Shown: positions 23,685-36,440, numbered from the whole stretch's first letter. The stretch is DNA of 63,752 bases, filler included, from Octopus bimaculoides (GCF_001194135.2; 12 parts of 10 records of this genome joined end to end with filler, not necessarily neighbours in it), one strand, 5' to 3'. Notes: generated by a model not told the origin, from the letters alone. Translations and numbers: made by a program.

Positions 23685-25185
23685 GATATGTATATATGTA
23701 TTGAGTATGAGTGCCAGTAATAGGATGATGTTATCTATAACGAAGCCATGACTTCGTTTCACTAAAGGAAAATTGACTGGTTAGGAAACTCCCTTCGCTG
23801 CGTTGGATTCACGCATTCGAATCCTTGATTTCTTGCTTAATGTATAGTCAACCGATGAGAAAATGTTGCACTTGAGTATCCACAGCAACTTTGGAGTTAT
23901 GATGCGTACAGTTTTAATATTCAACTTGTTTGTTTTTATGTTAAATTGGTTGTTTCAAGTACTTTTGGTAGCTCGGAGTTTTATAATTTATAAAATCATT
24001 TTTCATGATCTCATGCTGCCAACAACAAGCACAGCAAAAACAAATCACTATACTGCCTGAAAATGTTAATAAACTTAGAAATATCATTGCTCAAACGGAG
24101 CAAAAACAACTATGGAGAAAATATGAAAAAAATAATGGCAATGCTTAAACCCTACCAAAATCTAGTCTAGTCTTTAAAAAATATCTAGCTGTAAAGCACT
24201 TCTATACACATATATCTACATGTGTGTATACATATATGCATCTATGTATAAAAGTATTTGCATATATGTAACTCTTTGTGTTTGTGTTTACGTGTCTTTG
24301 TGTCTGTGTGTGTGTATATGCTTGCATGCATATATGTGTGAGGGTGAGTGTGTGTGTATAAAGATGTATATGTACGTGTTTGTAAAGCTAAAAGTGCTGG
24401 AAAACAATAACCTGTATGTATCAAAGAGATAGGAAATTATATACAAAATGGGAGATTGGAATATATGAGCGTCTGCGAGATTGTGTATATACACACACGC
24501 GCGCACACACACGAATATATATATAGATGCGTGTGTGTATGTGTGTGAATGTACATATAAGCATCAGAATACACTGTGTGCGCAAGTATATGCCAAACAT
24601 CTGTATGAGAAAAGAGTTACATATTAAACATACGTGATATTATGTATACATGCTGCAATATTGCCTTTCTGAAGAAGTTTAATGAATCGAAACTCGCCAT
24701 AAAATATCATCGTATATACAAAAATCACCAAGTACGGATGTAATTTTAAATGATTAAATATTTTTGCTAGAATGGGACACATATTTAAGTAATGTTTTTA
24801 GCCGCGCTTTAATTGCTTGTTTTTCATGTAGAACTCAACCTGGAAAACTTTCTTATATTCTAGATGACCGCAGTAATTTCAGTTTAGTCCGTACTAATAC
24901 ACAAAGAACATCAACAAGGCACATACATATTTTCTTTTTCTATGTCTAACTGAACTATATCTAAATCGAGCCCAAATTGAACCCAATCTGATTTGCTGAT
25001 GAACTCTAAAAAAAAAAGAAGAAACATCTTTACCATTTTCTTTAGATGCTTAGAATTCGTAGAATACCTTTAATTTCATTGATTTTAATTTCCAAAACTT
25101 TTGATCATTTGGACTACAGGAAAATATCCCACGCACAAAAATATACCGAAACAAAAGCATTGATATGTGTGAGTTTATATACATA

Positions 25186-25217
<32 letters not shown>

Positions 25218-25306
25218 CTCACGAATATCTATTATATATACACACGCGCGCATATACATATATACGTACACACACACACATATATATATATATGCATACA
25301 TAAATA

Positions 25307-25902
25307 CGAGGTGTGATTAATAATCTTCTGGACTGTTGCCATAATAACGAAGTTAAAGCCGCTTGGCAAAGATTGATCTTGAATTCCGCCGTGCATGCGT
25401 ACTAAGTTTTAATTTTCTAGCTTACTTCCGCTGTCTACAGCAGTGCCTGGAAGGAAGCTATCAGAAGATGTGCAGATTAGTTACGGTTCAGTTCAGTCCA
25501 TCATCAATGAAGATTTGGCTATGAGACGTTTGAGTCAAAACTACCTTCAGCCGACCCAAAAGTCACTTGGGTTTCAGTTGCACAAGATCCCCTTCATTGT
25601 GTCGAGAATGATGAAAAATTTTCGAGATCTTTGCCTTGGCCTCTGAGCAAGTATCGCCAGCTTTTCGCAAAATTTTATGCACATTCTCTCCTCAACTTTA
25701 TCTGTCATTGTCAATGCGAGGATCACACGCTACACGCCTTCCTTCCAAGCATTGCTATAAACAGCAGAAGTGAGCTAGAATGTTCAAACTTAGTGAGCAT
25801 GCACAACGGAGTTCAAGGTCAATCTATGCCAAGCAGCTTTAGTCTGCATTCTTTAGCTTCTTTACAATAGCACCAGTCTGGATACTTATTAATCGGACCG
25901 CG
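25307..25902. mobile_element. Fold-back mariner derivative with two 5' ends
   Basis: TA-flanked. About 150-165 bp inverted arms (25307-25458 and 25737-25902). Plus strand codes LSEDVQISYGSVQSIINEDLAMRRLS; minus strand codes MTDKVEERMCIKFCEKL (mariner N-terminus). Confidence 0.85.
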
Positions 25903-26016
25903 TATGCATGTATGCATATATGTATGTATGTATATATGAATGTATGCATGTATGAATGTGTGTATGTATCTACGCATGTATAAATGTATATATGTAAGTG
26001 AGTACATACATATGTA

Positions 26017-26064
<48 letters not shown>

Positions 26065-26160
26065 GGAGTAAGCACATGAAATGTGCAACAAGGTGGAAAA
26101 AAGAGTACTCAAATACCAGAGGTAGAGTAATATGCTTTATTAATATGCTTTTTTCTAACA

Positions 26161-26204
26161 AAACTGTCCGATGAACGGGAACGTGAAACTCAGAGTAACG
26201 GTTT
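26161..26204 (+). ncRNA. Minimal type-I hammerhead ribozyme candidate (U4C variant)
   Basis: AAACUGU-CCGAUGA-ACG(GGAA)CGU-GAAAC-UCAGA-GUA^ACGGUUU. 7-bp stem I, 3-bp stem II, near-palindromic ACUCAGAGU. Confidence 0.65.
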
Positions 26205-26344
26205 TTTTGTTATATGTCTGCTGCTTTTAAATAAAGTATATATNNNNNNNNNNNNNNNNNNNNNNNNNNNNNNNNNNNNNNNNNNNNTTAATTAATTAAN
26301 NNNNNNNNNNNNNNNNNNNNNNNNNNNNNNNNNNNNNNNNNNNA

Positions 26345-26730
26345 GCCGACCTTTACAGGAAAGAAGCACTCTGCCAACTCAACGACCCCAGATACAACAT
26401 GAAGATATCAAGTGATTCCACCAACTATTACCAGAGGAATGTTTCAACCACTGTTCATCAGCTGATCTCTTCTGGTTCACTGACACACATTGCCACCAAC
26501 CTCATTGTCACCACACCCCATAAAATGCATAAACAAGATAATCCCGGCTACCCTATTGTTTCTGCTTACAATTTCCCCACAGAACTTTTATCTTCCTACC
26601 TCGACAAACTTTTATCCCCTCTCGTCGCTGCCCTACCCTCGCATATCAAAGACACTAACCATGCACAACACCTTTTCAACGCATTCGCTTTTCCACCTAG
26701 TGAATCCAAACTCCTTTTCAAATATTGTCT
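26345..26730 (+). mobile_element. Penelope-like element RT fragment
   Basis: KEALCQLND...HKMHKQDNPGYPIVSAYNFPTELLSSYLDKLLSPLVAALPSHIKDT matches the PLE RT motifs K.HK...PGRPIVS...PT..LS..LD..L.P....SYIKDT. Confidence 0.85.
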
Positions 26731-26769
26731 TACAAGGTTTGTGACATATGACACAAGTCGTATGAGGTA

Positions 26770-27340
26770 GAGGGGGTTTAAGATTATTTCTTACCTGGGC
26801 ATTTCGATTTTCATGTGACTTCATATGATTCACGTATACTGCTTTTGACAACTGAACACGATCACACGTAATATATATCCAATGTGCATTTTTGATTGCA
26901 GTTCCAATTGCTCCTTAGCGACAGACCCTTTTAAACTCAGTATGTTGAATCATCTTTTCCTATTTTCAACCAGTCCTAACTACACCTCTCCACTTGTTCC
27001 GATCCAGAACATCAATTTCCCATTCACTTTTGTTCATATCTAGTTTCTTTAGGTTTTCTTCCACACAGACTTTATACTTGTTCCTCGGTTTATGTTGAGG
27101 TCACTTAAATAGTTGAGCTCACCATAAAAAAGACACTTAAGCAATCGCTTATCTTTCATTCTAATAACATGTCCAGCGCATCTCATTTGAGCCAAGATAA
27201 CATGTTCAATTGAGCTACTACGGGCCATGCGCAAAATTTCTGTATCTGGTATAAAACATTCCCACTTGATTCCCAAGATATGTCTGAGGTACTTGTGATG
27301 AAATCTCTCCAGCATTTTCATATGACGCCAGTAAGTGGTC
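26770..27340 (-). mobile_element. RTE/BovB-like LINE C-terminal fragment
   Basis: LERFHHKYLRHILGIKW...EIL...SIE...QMRCAGHVIRMKDKRLLKCLFYGEL, plus a decayed C-terminal zinc-finger-like segment ending VNHMKSH. Confidence 0.85.
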
Positions 27341-28947
27341 CATGTTACGCTCTAATAAAGAAGTGCCGTCAATACACACGTTTTAAAGACACTGATTTTC
27401 GTCTGCAGGGGAATACCTCTATCCGCCCATATTTATACATGACAAGGGAACAAGAAATTAAGTCATGAACTTCATTAGCTTACAGCTGTTTCTGCTATAA
27501 GATGCAATGCACTCATAGGTGAGTGCTTGGCCGGAGCTTCAAAAATGAAGTGCAATTTCATTTGGAGAAGCATTTGTATACATACATACATACATACATA
27601 CATACATACATACATACATACAGGCAGACAGACAGACAGACAGACACAGACACACACACACGCACGCATACACACACACACGCACACGTGCGCACACACA
27701 CACACATGGAGAAGATCACTGTTGAAAAATATATTAAGAAAAATATGTAAGAAATTGAGTATAGTGTTTGAGGAGCAAAAGCCATTCTCAGAAATATGTA
27801 GGTTTATATAATGTTGTGTATATGTACATGTGTATAAAGATCGGCGGATTATAATCGCTTGTATAAATAGCTATTTATACGCATACATGAAATATAGACG
27901 GAATATGTATGTTAATATACACTGTACACTCTGAACATAAAACCCAGATAGAAAGAAAGGGAATGGAGACGGATAGAAAGTGACAATATATATACATGTG
28001 TGTGTGCGTGTGTGTGAGCTGGCGTGTCTGTATATAATGCTTAAGCCGGGTGTATGATGCAAAATTAGTTTTATGAGTGTAGCCAAACACGTCATCGGGT
28101 GCGCAAACACTTGTACATACTCATAAAATTACAAACTTCAACCTGCATAGAATGCATGCTGTACTTATTTACATTTGCAGTTACTAAATGTTATATACAT
28201 TATTCAAGCACACCTCACAATCATATTACTCATACATATGCGAACATATATACATATGGATACGTGTACACTTCGACACACAAACACACTAAACTTAAGC
28301 ATAAAAGAAAGCTGTCACTTATGCAGAAAACCTTTCTGTAATCCTTTACACAGTTACTTACTAACACGGAAAAGACACTAACATACAGATACACTACATT
28401 GCATGCACACACATTAACCATGCACACTTGATTGATCATCGTATAAAACACACATGGACATAACACGCAAAATCAAACTCTTACAACAGACATTGAGAAA
28501 CATTACACTAACTCATACAATTACAGACGACACGGTCACCTGACTATTCAAAAACATTCACACAAAACCTGAGATCACGCTTTATCATTTTTGTTAGGGT
28601 GGGAAGGGCTTTGCCCTTCCCATTGCACTTTATTTTTGTTTTTCGGGTTCACAGAGACAATTGGGACTTTAAAAGTAAGTTATTCACAAGTCGGAAACTC
28701 AGGCAAATGCTTGCAGCCAACAGAGTAAATTCCCCGACAGCAGTTATTAAATTGAGCGTTAACACTCCCTTGAGGTGATGCGATCTTCCAACGTATAGCA
28801 AATGCCGAGGGAACGCTGGGTAGGCCGCTGGATATTTAGACTGACCATGATTTTTCTTAGAAATAAAATAGTTAAACGATATGCAATACTTCTATTTTAA
28901 ACATATTTAAAAATTATCTTTCTTGGAATTAATATACAGATCATATA

Positions 28948-29155
28948 AGACGGTGAGCTGACAGAATCATTAACGCTGCGGGCGAAATGCTTAGCGGCAT
29001 TTCATCCGTGTTTACGTTTTGAGTTCAAATTCCGCCGAGGCCGACTTTGCTTTTCATCCTTCCAGAGTCGAAAAAATAAGTACTAGTTGAGTACTGGGGT
29101 TGATGTAATCGACTTACTCTTCCCCCAAAAATTACTGGCCTTGTGCCAAAATGTG
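28948..29155 (+). mobile_element. Family C SINE
   Basis: gacggtgagctgacagaatc...gagttcaaattccgccgagg...ccttgtgccaaaatgtgaaa. Confidence 0.85.
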
Positions 29156-30009
29156 AAATCAGTATGTGAATGAGGCATTGTTATATCAGTGAGTAAAAAC
29201 ATGACTGAGTAAGGGTCAATAGAATTCCATTCTATAAATTCTCCACCTTCATTAGTAATTTCTATACATATTAAACATAAGGGTACTAATCCATACTCAT
29301 ATCTGAAAGGGAGTACATACTGGGTGGGATATTGTTTTTCATTCATACTTTGAGACTAAAATTATGCAAACTACCAAGGCCATGAATATATTCTATCCTT
29401 TTGTATAAATATAAGTTTCTTGGCCAATGTAAAGTTCGGTCGATTCTCGTGCTGGTTCCTCTTATTTAGGCAGAAATATGTGCTTATGGCTGTCTTTCTA
29501 TTTCCTGACTATAAGCCTGTCCCGTTCCTTAATAACATGTCATTTACTGAGAAATACTCGACCCTTGAGATTATCTCCCCTTCACATATAGCGCTCGACT
29601 TAGTTACTATTCGGTAATTATGACAAATACTCTCTACGCAGAGATAATTCATATTGCATGGTATTTGATATAAATATAAAAAAAAAAAAGAAAGAAGCAT
29701 GGGTCCTTCCCGAAGCATAGCTTCATACGGATTCTGTGGCTCATTTACGCCAGTCCGTCGCAGGATTACGCATTTTTGTTAGCTGAGTGGACTGGAGCAA
29801 AAACGTAAGGCATCTCCCGGTCCACGAATCGAAACCACAATCTTACGACCATGAGTGCAAAACATTAACATATAAGCCACACAGTTATACATTTAATACG
29901 CTGATACATGCATACAAACATACATACATACATACATACATACACGTATGTTGGTATTTTTGCTTCTTAGATGTCGTCGACGGAAGTACGTATATACACG
30001 CATGCGTGC

Positions 30010-30225
30010 ATATATGTTTCCTGTGTTCTTTCTCCGTGAAACCGAGCACTTCTAGGTTTTTGTGTAAATTTTTTGGTATATAACCTAATGCATCTATGAT
30101 GATAAGTACAAAAGAGAATTCATAGTCAGGCGACAAGGCTATACATTCCGTATTAATCCGCCATAAATGTTCTCCTATCCCGGACGTTTCATTGTTTATT
30201 CGCATATGTAGGGCAGCTGATATTA
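30010..30225 (-). mobile_element. R4/Dong-like (RLE) LINE C-terminal fragment, diverged
   Basis: LSPDYEFSFVLIIIDALGYIPKNLHKNLEVLGFTEKEHRK aligns with LYPDYKFRFIPVTIGALGYVTHCLNTNLEKLGFAEPERRK of the 30686 copy. Confidence 0.7.
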
Positions 30226-30685
30226 TGTATGTATGTATGTATGTATGTATGCATGTATGTATGTATGTATGGATGTATGTTTTATGTATGAATGTATGTA
30301 TGTATGTATGCATGTATGTATGTATGTATGTTTTATGTATGAATGTATGTATGTATGTATGTATGTACGTACGTATGTCTGTCTATCTATCTATCTATCT
30401 ATCTGTCTGTCAGTCTGTCTGTATGTATGTATGTATATCATTTTTTAGCTTTATTTCAAGATTCTTACCAATAGAGAAAGACCCTGTTTTTAACCTAGAT
30501 TCAAGGATCCTTCATTGGAATTTCAAGATCAACAACAGGGTATTTTTGTATGTATGTATGTATGTATGTATGTATGTATGTTTTATGTATGTATGTATGT
30601 ATGTACGTATGTATGTATGTTTTATGTATGTATGTATGTATGTTTTATGTATGTATGTATGTATGTATGTATGTATGTATGTATT
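30225..30685. repeat. (TATG)n array interrupted by a 100-bp unique segment (about 30440-30545)
   Basis: Directly visible. Confidence 0.95.
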
Positions 30686-31299
30686 GTCATGCTTATAGTT
30701 GCATATCTAGACCAGCTCATATATGTATTTAAATGATAAACCTCTGGAAAGTTTTACAGATTGTTACAGTTCCAGTGATGGCTTGAATCAGTAATTTTCT
30801 GATTAGCTTTCTCCTCTCTGGTTCTGCGAAGCCTAATTTCTCAAGATTGGTATTTAGGCAGTGTGTTACATATCCCAGGGCCCCAATCGTTACAGGTATA
30901 AATCTGAATTTGTAATCTGGATAGAGTAACTGCAGATTTCTCAATAGTTCAGCATAGGCACTCTCTTTTTCATTGATCTTCAGCTTATGTTAACATCCGG
31001 TGGGCAGCTAATTTCCACAACTGTACACAGTTTCTCTTCTCTATCCCAAATCGTTATATCAGGCCTGCTGTGCAAACATTTTATTGAAGTCTTCACTGGT
31101 ACATTCCGCCAGAATTCCTTTTAATTATGAATGGCTATAACTTCTACCATACCGTGGGTTCTTATTTCTGAGTCCTAGGGATTATTCTTCCGACGTATTT
31201 CATTATTGAGTGTCCTAGCTAGAACATCATGTCTCATTGGCAGATGCTACCGTGATGACATTTTGGGACAACTGCTTATGACGTGGGTGATATCTTCGG
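30686..31299 (-). mobile_element. R4/Dong-like non-LTR retrotransposon, 5'-truncated, with restriction-like endonuclease domain
   Basis: EDITHVISSCPKMSSR (second half of CCHC), RPDITIWDREEKLCTVVEISCP (PD..E RLE motif), ELLRNLQLLYPDYKFRFIPVTIGALG. Short 3' UTR then (TACA)n; (TACA)3 directly 5' of the truncation point. Confidence 0.85.
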
Positions 31300-31550
31300 T
31301 GTATGTATGTATGCATTTACGTCAACGAGAACTAAGAAACAAGTGTTTGGATTTACCTCTCTTACTTGCTAGGTCAGACAATAAACTCAACTAACTCCTA
31401 ATATATTTGCCAAATGAATGTAATGTAACCTATTGTGCTTCTTTCTGAAGTTGAATATATTGGAAATAATGAAACGCCTTTTTATTACGTTATTATGCAA
31501 CCAGTAAATTACGTTTTCTTTTATTGTTGTGCGTGTCTGTACGTGCCTCT

Positions 31551-31584
<34 letters not shown>

Positions 31585-32099
31585 TTGTGTGTTTCTGTGT
31601 GAGTGTAAAGCACGTATTTGTAAGTATAGGCCGGTGTGCAATAATTGCCTATGTATTTGTATGTACGAATTTGTACGTTTGTATCTGGGTATAAATGTGC
31701 GTGAGTCATTTGTTTGTGTGTGTTTTGTGTGTATGCGTATGTGTATGTGTGTGTGCGCGCGTGAATATTACTTGTACGCGTATATACAAACACAGACAAA
31801 AACACACACATACATCATGCATACATACATACATACATACATAAATACATACGCACACACACACACACACGCGCATATATATGAGTGAGTGTGTGTGTAT
31901 GTTTATGCATATATATATGAGCTTATACATACATACATGCATATATGTATATATATATNNNNNNNNNNNNNNNNNNNNNNNNNNNNNNNNNNNNNNNNNN
32001 NNNNNNNNNNNNNNNNNNNNNNNNNNNNNNNNNNNNNNNNNNNNNNNNNNNNNNNNNNATATATATATATATATATATATACACATGTATGTATGTATG

Positions 32100-32310
32100 T
32101 ATGTATTTGTGTGTCTGTTTGTGCTCCTACTATCGCTTGACAACCGACGTTGGTGTGTTTACGTCTCCCGTAACAGCTGTTCGGCAAAAGAGACCGATTG
32201 AATAAGTTCTAGACTTACAAAGAATAAGTCCTGAGAGTTGATTTGTTCGACTACAGGTGGTGCTGTAGCATGACCGCAGTCAAATAACTGAACCAAGTAA
32301 AAGAATAAAA
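32100..32310 (+). mobile_element. Family A SINE, 3' half
   Basis: atcgcttgacaaccga...gaataag...ggtggtgct..agcatg.ccgcagtcaaat.actga. Confidence 0.8.
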
Positions 32311-32644
32311 GAGTAAAAGAATATGTTTGTGTATGTGTGTGTGCATGAATAGACGTATGTGTGTCGTGTGTTTATGTGTGTATGAGCGTACATATCTGTG
32401 TGTATATATATATATGTATATATGCATACACATGCATAGACATCTAGACGTATCTGCATGTTGATGTTACGGATATTTTTAGACATGGACACAAATGTAC
32501 ACACGCACATACAGCTGTCCACTGACGCACAGACACACGCTTGACTGTTTGAAAAGCATAACAAGAAACCAAAAGCAGAAAAGACAAAGAAGTAACAAAA
32601 ATACAACCAAAAGAAACAAAAAGAAAAGAATGAATTTTGCAACC

Positions 32645-32768
32645 AGCCAATAATGTTCGCCATTTTATTGTGTACTCCTAGCTTTCCAGAAAGAGTAATG
32701 TCGTACCCAATTCTTTTGTAATAACCTATTGAAACTATACTTAGCTCTTTTGACTGGAAGTGACTTCC
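32645..32768. promoter_or_regulatory. Promoter-like motif cluster (CCAAT, YY1-like, paired ETS-like)
   Basis: agccaat 32645, cgccatttt 32658, ggaagtgacttcc 32756, in non-repeat sequence. Motif match only. Confidence 0.25.
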
Positions 32769-33762
32769 TTAAGAGAAGAGTTACCATATAACAGATCACT
32801 GTTATCCCGCTCTTATCCTTGCCCAGCCTCCTAACGCTACACGTTCTCTCTTCACCTAACAATACATTTCAGATTTTATTGGATATGAAAATCAATTTTC
32901 ATTTGTTATCGAGTTTTTATTGAAAGAGGAAGGGGAAAGAAGGAAGACGAAAGAGAAAAAAAAAGTCGAAAAAAATTAAGATGAACAAAAATGAAATGAA
33001 AAAATATGGAGAAGAATAAACGCAAAATTATATTATAAAGAAAGAAAAAAAGATGAATGAAGAAGAAAGAATAAGGACAGAGATGTGTATAGTCCCCATT
33101 ATTAGATAACTTTAGAGAAATAACAGTCAACTTTCGAACTATAAAGTATGTTGTGTTGTGTTGTTACTATGTTTTATCTTTGACAAAAATATAAAAATAA
33201 TTAAATAAAGAAATAAATAAAAATAAAATAGATAAATAAATAAATAAATAATCTGTAGATTAGTTTTTGGAAGCGAAATGAGATTCATAGTAAAGTCGTT
33301 CAGTTTCCTAATACTGTCAAAATATGGTTGACAGGCGTTGCAGACGAGAATTTTTACTGATTGTTGTTAGTCTTTTATATCTTCCCCTTCCTTAGTAATA
33401 ATCATCATTCATAACTCCTCTCACAATTTTTATTCTCTCTTCCTTCCCTCCTTCCTTCCTTCCTTACTACCTTCCATGACACTCCTCTCTCACTCTTTTC
33501 TTTTTTTCTCTTTTCCTTTTACTATGCCTTCAACGCCATACTACCGTGTTTCCTCATAATGCTTATTGTAAGTAAAATAACAACAACGGCGACAATAACA
33601 GGCGATAACAAGACAAAATGAGAGAGATATTGGAAATTATCCATCATATCTTTCAGTTTATTGAAATTATTTGCAGACTCCGACTAAAAGCAAAAATGTA
33701 ACCAACATTCAGTGAAAAAAAATTTCATTGGTCAGTTTTTTTTTGCGTTTTATTTTCATAGT

Positions 33763-33794
<32 letters not shown>

Positions 33795-34629
33795 NNNNNN
33801 NNNNNNNNNNNNNNNNNNNNNNNNNNNNNNNNNNNNNNNNNNNNNNNNNNNNNNNNNNNNNNNNNNNNNNNNNNNNNNNNNNNNNNNNNNNNNNNNNNNN
33901 NNNNNNNNNNNNNNNNNNNNNNNNNNNNNNNNNNNNNNNNNNNNNNNNNNNNNNNNNNNNNNNNNNNNNNNNNNNNNNNNNNNNNNNNNNNNNNNNNNNN
34001 NNNNNNNNNNNNNNNNNNNNNNNNNNNNNNNNNNNNNNNNNNNNNNNNNNNNNNNNNNNNNNNNNNNNNNNNNNNNNNNNNNNNNNNNNNNNNNNNNNNN
34101 NNNNNNNNNNNNNNNNNNNNNNNNNNNNNNNNNNNNNNNNNNNNTATAAATATATATACAAACACACGTTATATGTATTTGTTACATTTCATTTATTTAT
34201 ATTTTTCAATATATATTTTTAATGGAAACTTTATAATTTTGATCAAAAGTTGAAAAGAATTCCGTGTTCTTTTTTTACCAATACAGATATGATATTATTC
34301 ATCGATACGAGAAAAGTTAACAACAAAAAGTTTAACATGTGTATGTGTAAATGGTCATACACATGTAGGTATGTATGTGTACTTTTACATATATATATGT
34401 GTGAATGCATGCATATCTAGATGAGTTTGTGTTAGGATCTGTGTGTGTGTTTATTTCATTATGATTCGTAAACGCCGCGCTTTTAAATCGCGTTATCTTT
34501 TTCCATTGTACCATAATAGCATTTTGTAACCTTAGGCCACATTCTTTTACAAATGGCTATATAAACATACACACATGCACAATACTTATGTGTGTGTGTG
34601 GTTGAGTGTTTGTGTGTGTATATATGTGT

Positions 34630-34830
34630 GTATATATATAAATATTCTTTTATTTTTTTACTTGTTTCAGTCATTTTGACTGCGGCCATAGTGGAGCACA
34701 GCCATTAGACGAACAAATCGACCCCAGGAATTATTTTTTATAAGTCTAATACTTATTCTATCGCTAAATTTCGGTGACATACACAGCGCCATCGGTTGTC
34801 AAGCGATGGTGAGGGGACAGACATAGACAC
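34630..34830 (-). mobile_element. Family A SINE, 3' half
   Basis: tttacttgtttcagtcattttgactgcggccat...catcggttgtcaagcgatggt. Confidence 0.8.
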
Positions 34831-34856
34831 ACAAATACATATTATATATATATATG

Positions 34857-34906
<50 letters not shown>

Positions 34907-35420
34907 CATATGTATGTATATATATAAATGTATATATACATATATATGCATATATATATATATATGCACATATACATATATNNNNNNNNNNNNNNNNNNN
35001 NNNNNNNNNNNNNNNNNNNNNNNNNNNNNNNNNNNNNNNNNNNNNNNNNNNNNNNNNNNNNNNNNNNNNNNNNNNNNNNNNNNNNNNNNNNNNNNNNNNN
35101 NNNNNNNNNNNNNNNNNNNNNNNNNNNNNNNNNNNNNNNNNNNNNNNNNNNNNNNNNNNNNNNNNNNNNNNNNNNNNNNNNNNNNNNNNNNNNNNNNNNN
35201 NNNNNNNNNNNNNNNNNNNNNNNNNNNNNNNNNNNNNNNNNNNNNNNNNNNNNNNNNNNNNNNNNNNNNNNNNNNNNNNNNNNNNNNNNNNNNNNNNNNN
35301 NNNNNNNNNNNNNNNNNNNNNNNNNNNNNNNNNNNNNNNNNNNNNNNNNNNNTATATATATATATATATATAAAGTTGTGGTTTGTTTGGTATGTTTGTT
35401 CTTAAACAACACTTATTTTA

Positions 35421-35481
35421 GGGCTGATGAGACTGCCGGATAGAATGGTACTGCCCAGGTGTCGAAACCAAATGATATCCG
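35421..35481 (+). ncRNA. Decayed hammerhead ribozyme-like motif
   Basis: GGG-CUGAUGA-GAC...GUC-GAAAC-CAAAUG-AUA^UCC. Core and stem II base intact; stem III palindrome has two substitutions; stem I only 3 bp. Confidence 0.35.
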
Positions 35482-35619
35482 TGGGGTAGCTGATGATGGG
35501 TGGAGGTATGTGGGATTGTTGGTATGACTGTTTTGTATATGTGGGATAGTATTATAGCAAATCATTTTGATATGTGTGTCTGTGTGAATGTGTGTGTGCA
35601 TGTATGCTTGTGTGTTTGT

Positions 35620-35790
35620 ATTTGTCTCCCCACCATCGCTTGACAACCGATGTTAGGGGTTGGGCAAAAGAGACTGATTGAATAAGTAACAGACTTACAA
35701 AGAATATGTCCTGGGGTCGATTTGTTCGACAAAAGGCAGTGCTCCAGCATGGCTGCAGTCAAAATGACTGAAACAAATAAAAGAATAAAA
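35620..35790 (+). mobile_element. Family A SINE, 3' half with internal deletion
   Basis: ccaccatcgcttgacaaccgatg...cctggggtcgatttgttcgac...gactgaaacaaataaaag. Confidence 0.8.
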
Positions 35791-36406
35791 AAATATTTAT
35801 ATATACATACACGCGTTATCTTCAGCTGCACAAATATGGAACTTCAACAGACAAGATGCATTAATATAATTTTTCTTAAATATTTTAACAGAGCAAGAGG
35901 ATGGAATAAATTCATGTTGTTGCTATTGTAGCTGGAATAGCTAAGAGAAGAGACCACAGTTTTGAAAAATAAAAAAAATAAAAAATAGATTGTGACATGG
36001 AACACAGTTTCAAAATTTCAGAAAATGATATAACCAAGTTAGCTAAAAGGTGTATATGGATCAGTTTCAAACATTAAAAGGAAAATTACTATTATGTAGA
36101 ATCAATTTAGTACCTCATTGTTAGGTGGTCTCTATAAAGACCACTCAAACCACTTACATATGGAATATCTGGAGAGATATACATACTATCTATTGATTGA
36201 ATGTAATATATCAGAAACAGGATAACAAGATAATTATAATACATAGACATAATTGGATTTGAATATATAAGAAAAAATGTGTACAGATATAAGTAGATGT
36301 AATAGTATAAAAAATAATACATACAGATACATATACGAAAAGAGGTTTTATATATACATACATATATACACACACGCACACACACACACATATATATATA
36401 CATACA

Positions 36407-36440
<34 letters not shown>

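Noticed and set aside
24665-24706. CTGAAGA...CGAAAC motif
   Set aside because: Stem II is poor, the C15.2 partner is mismatched and stem I is only 3 A-U pairs, which is compatible with chance.
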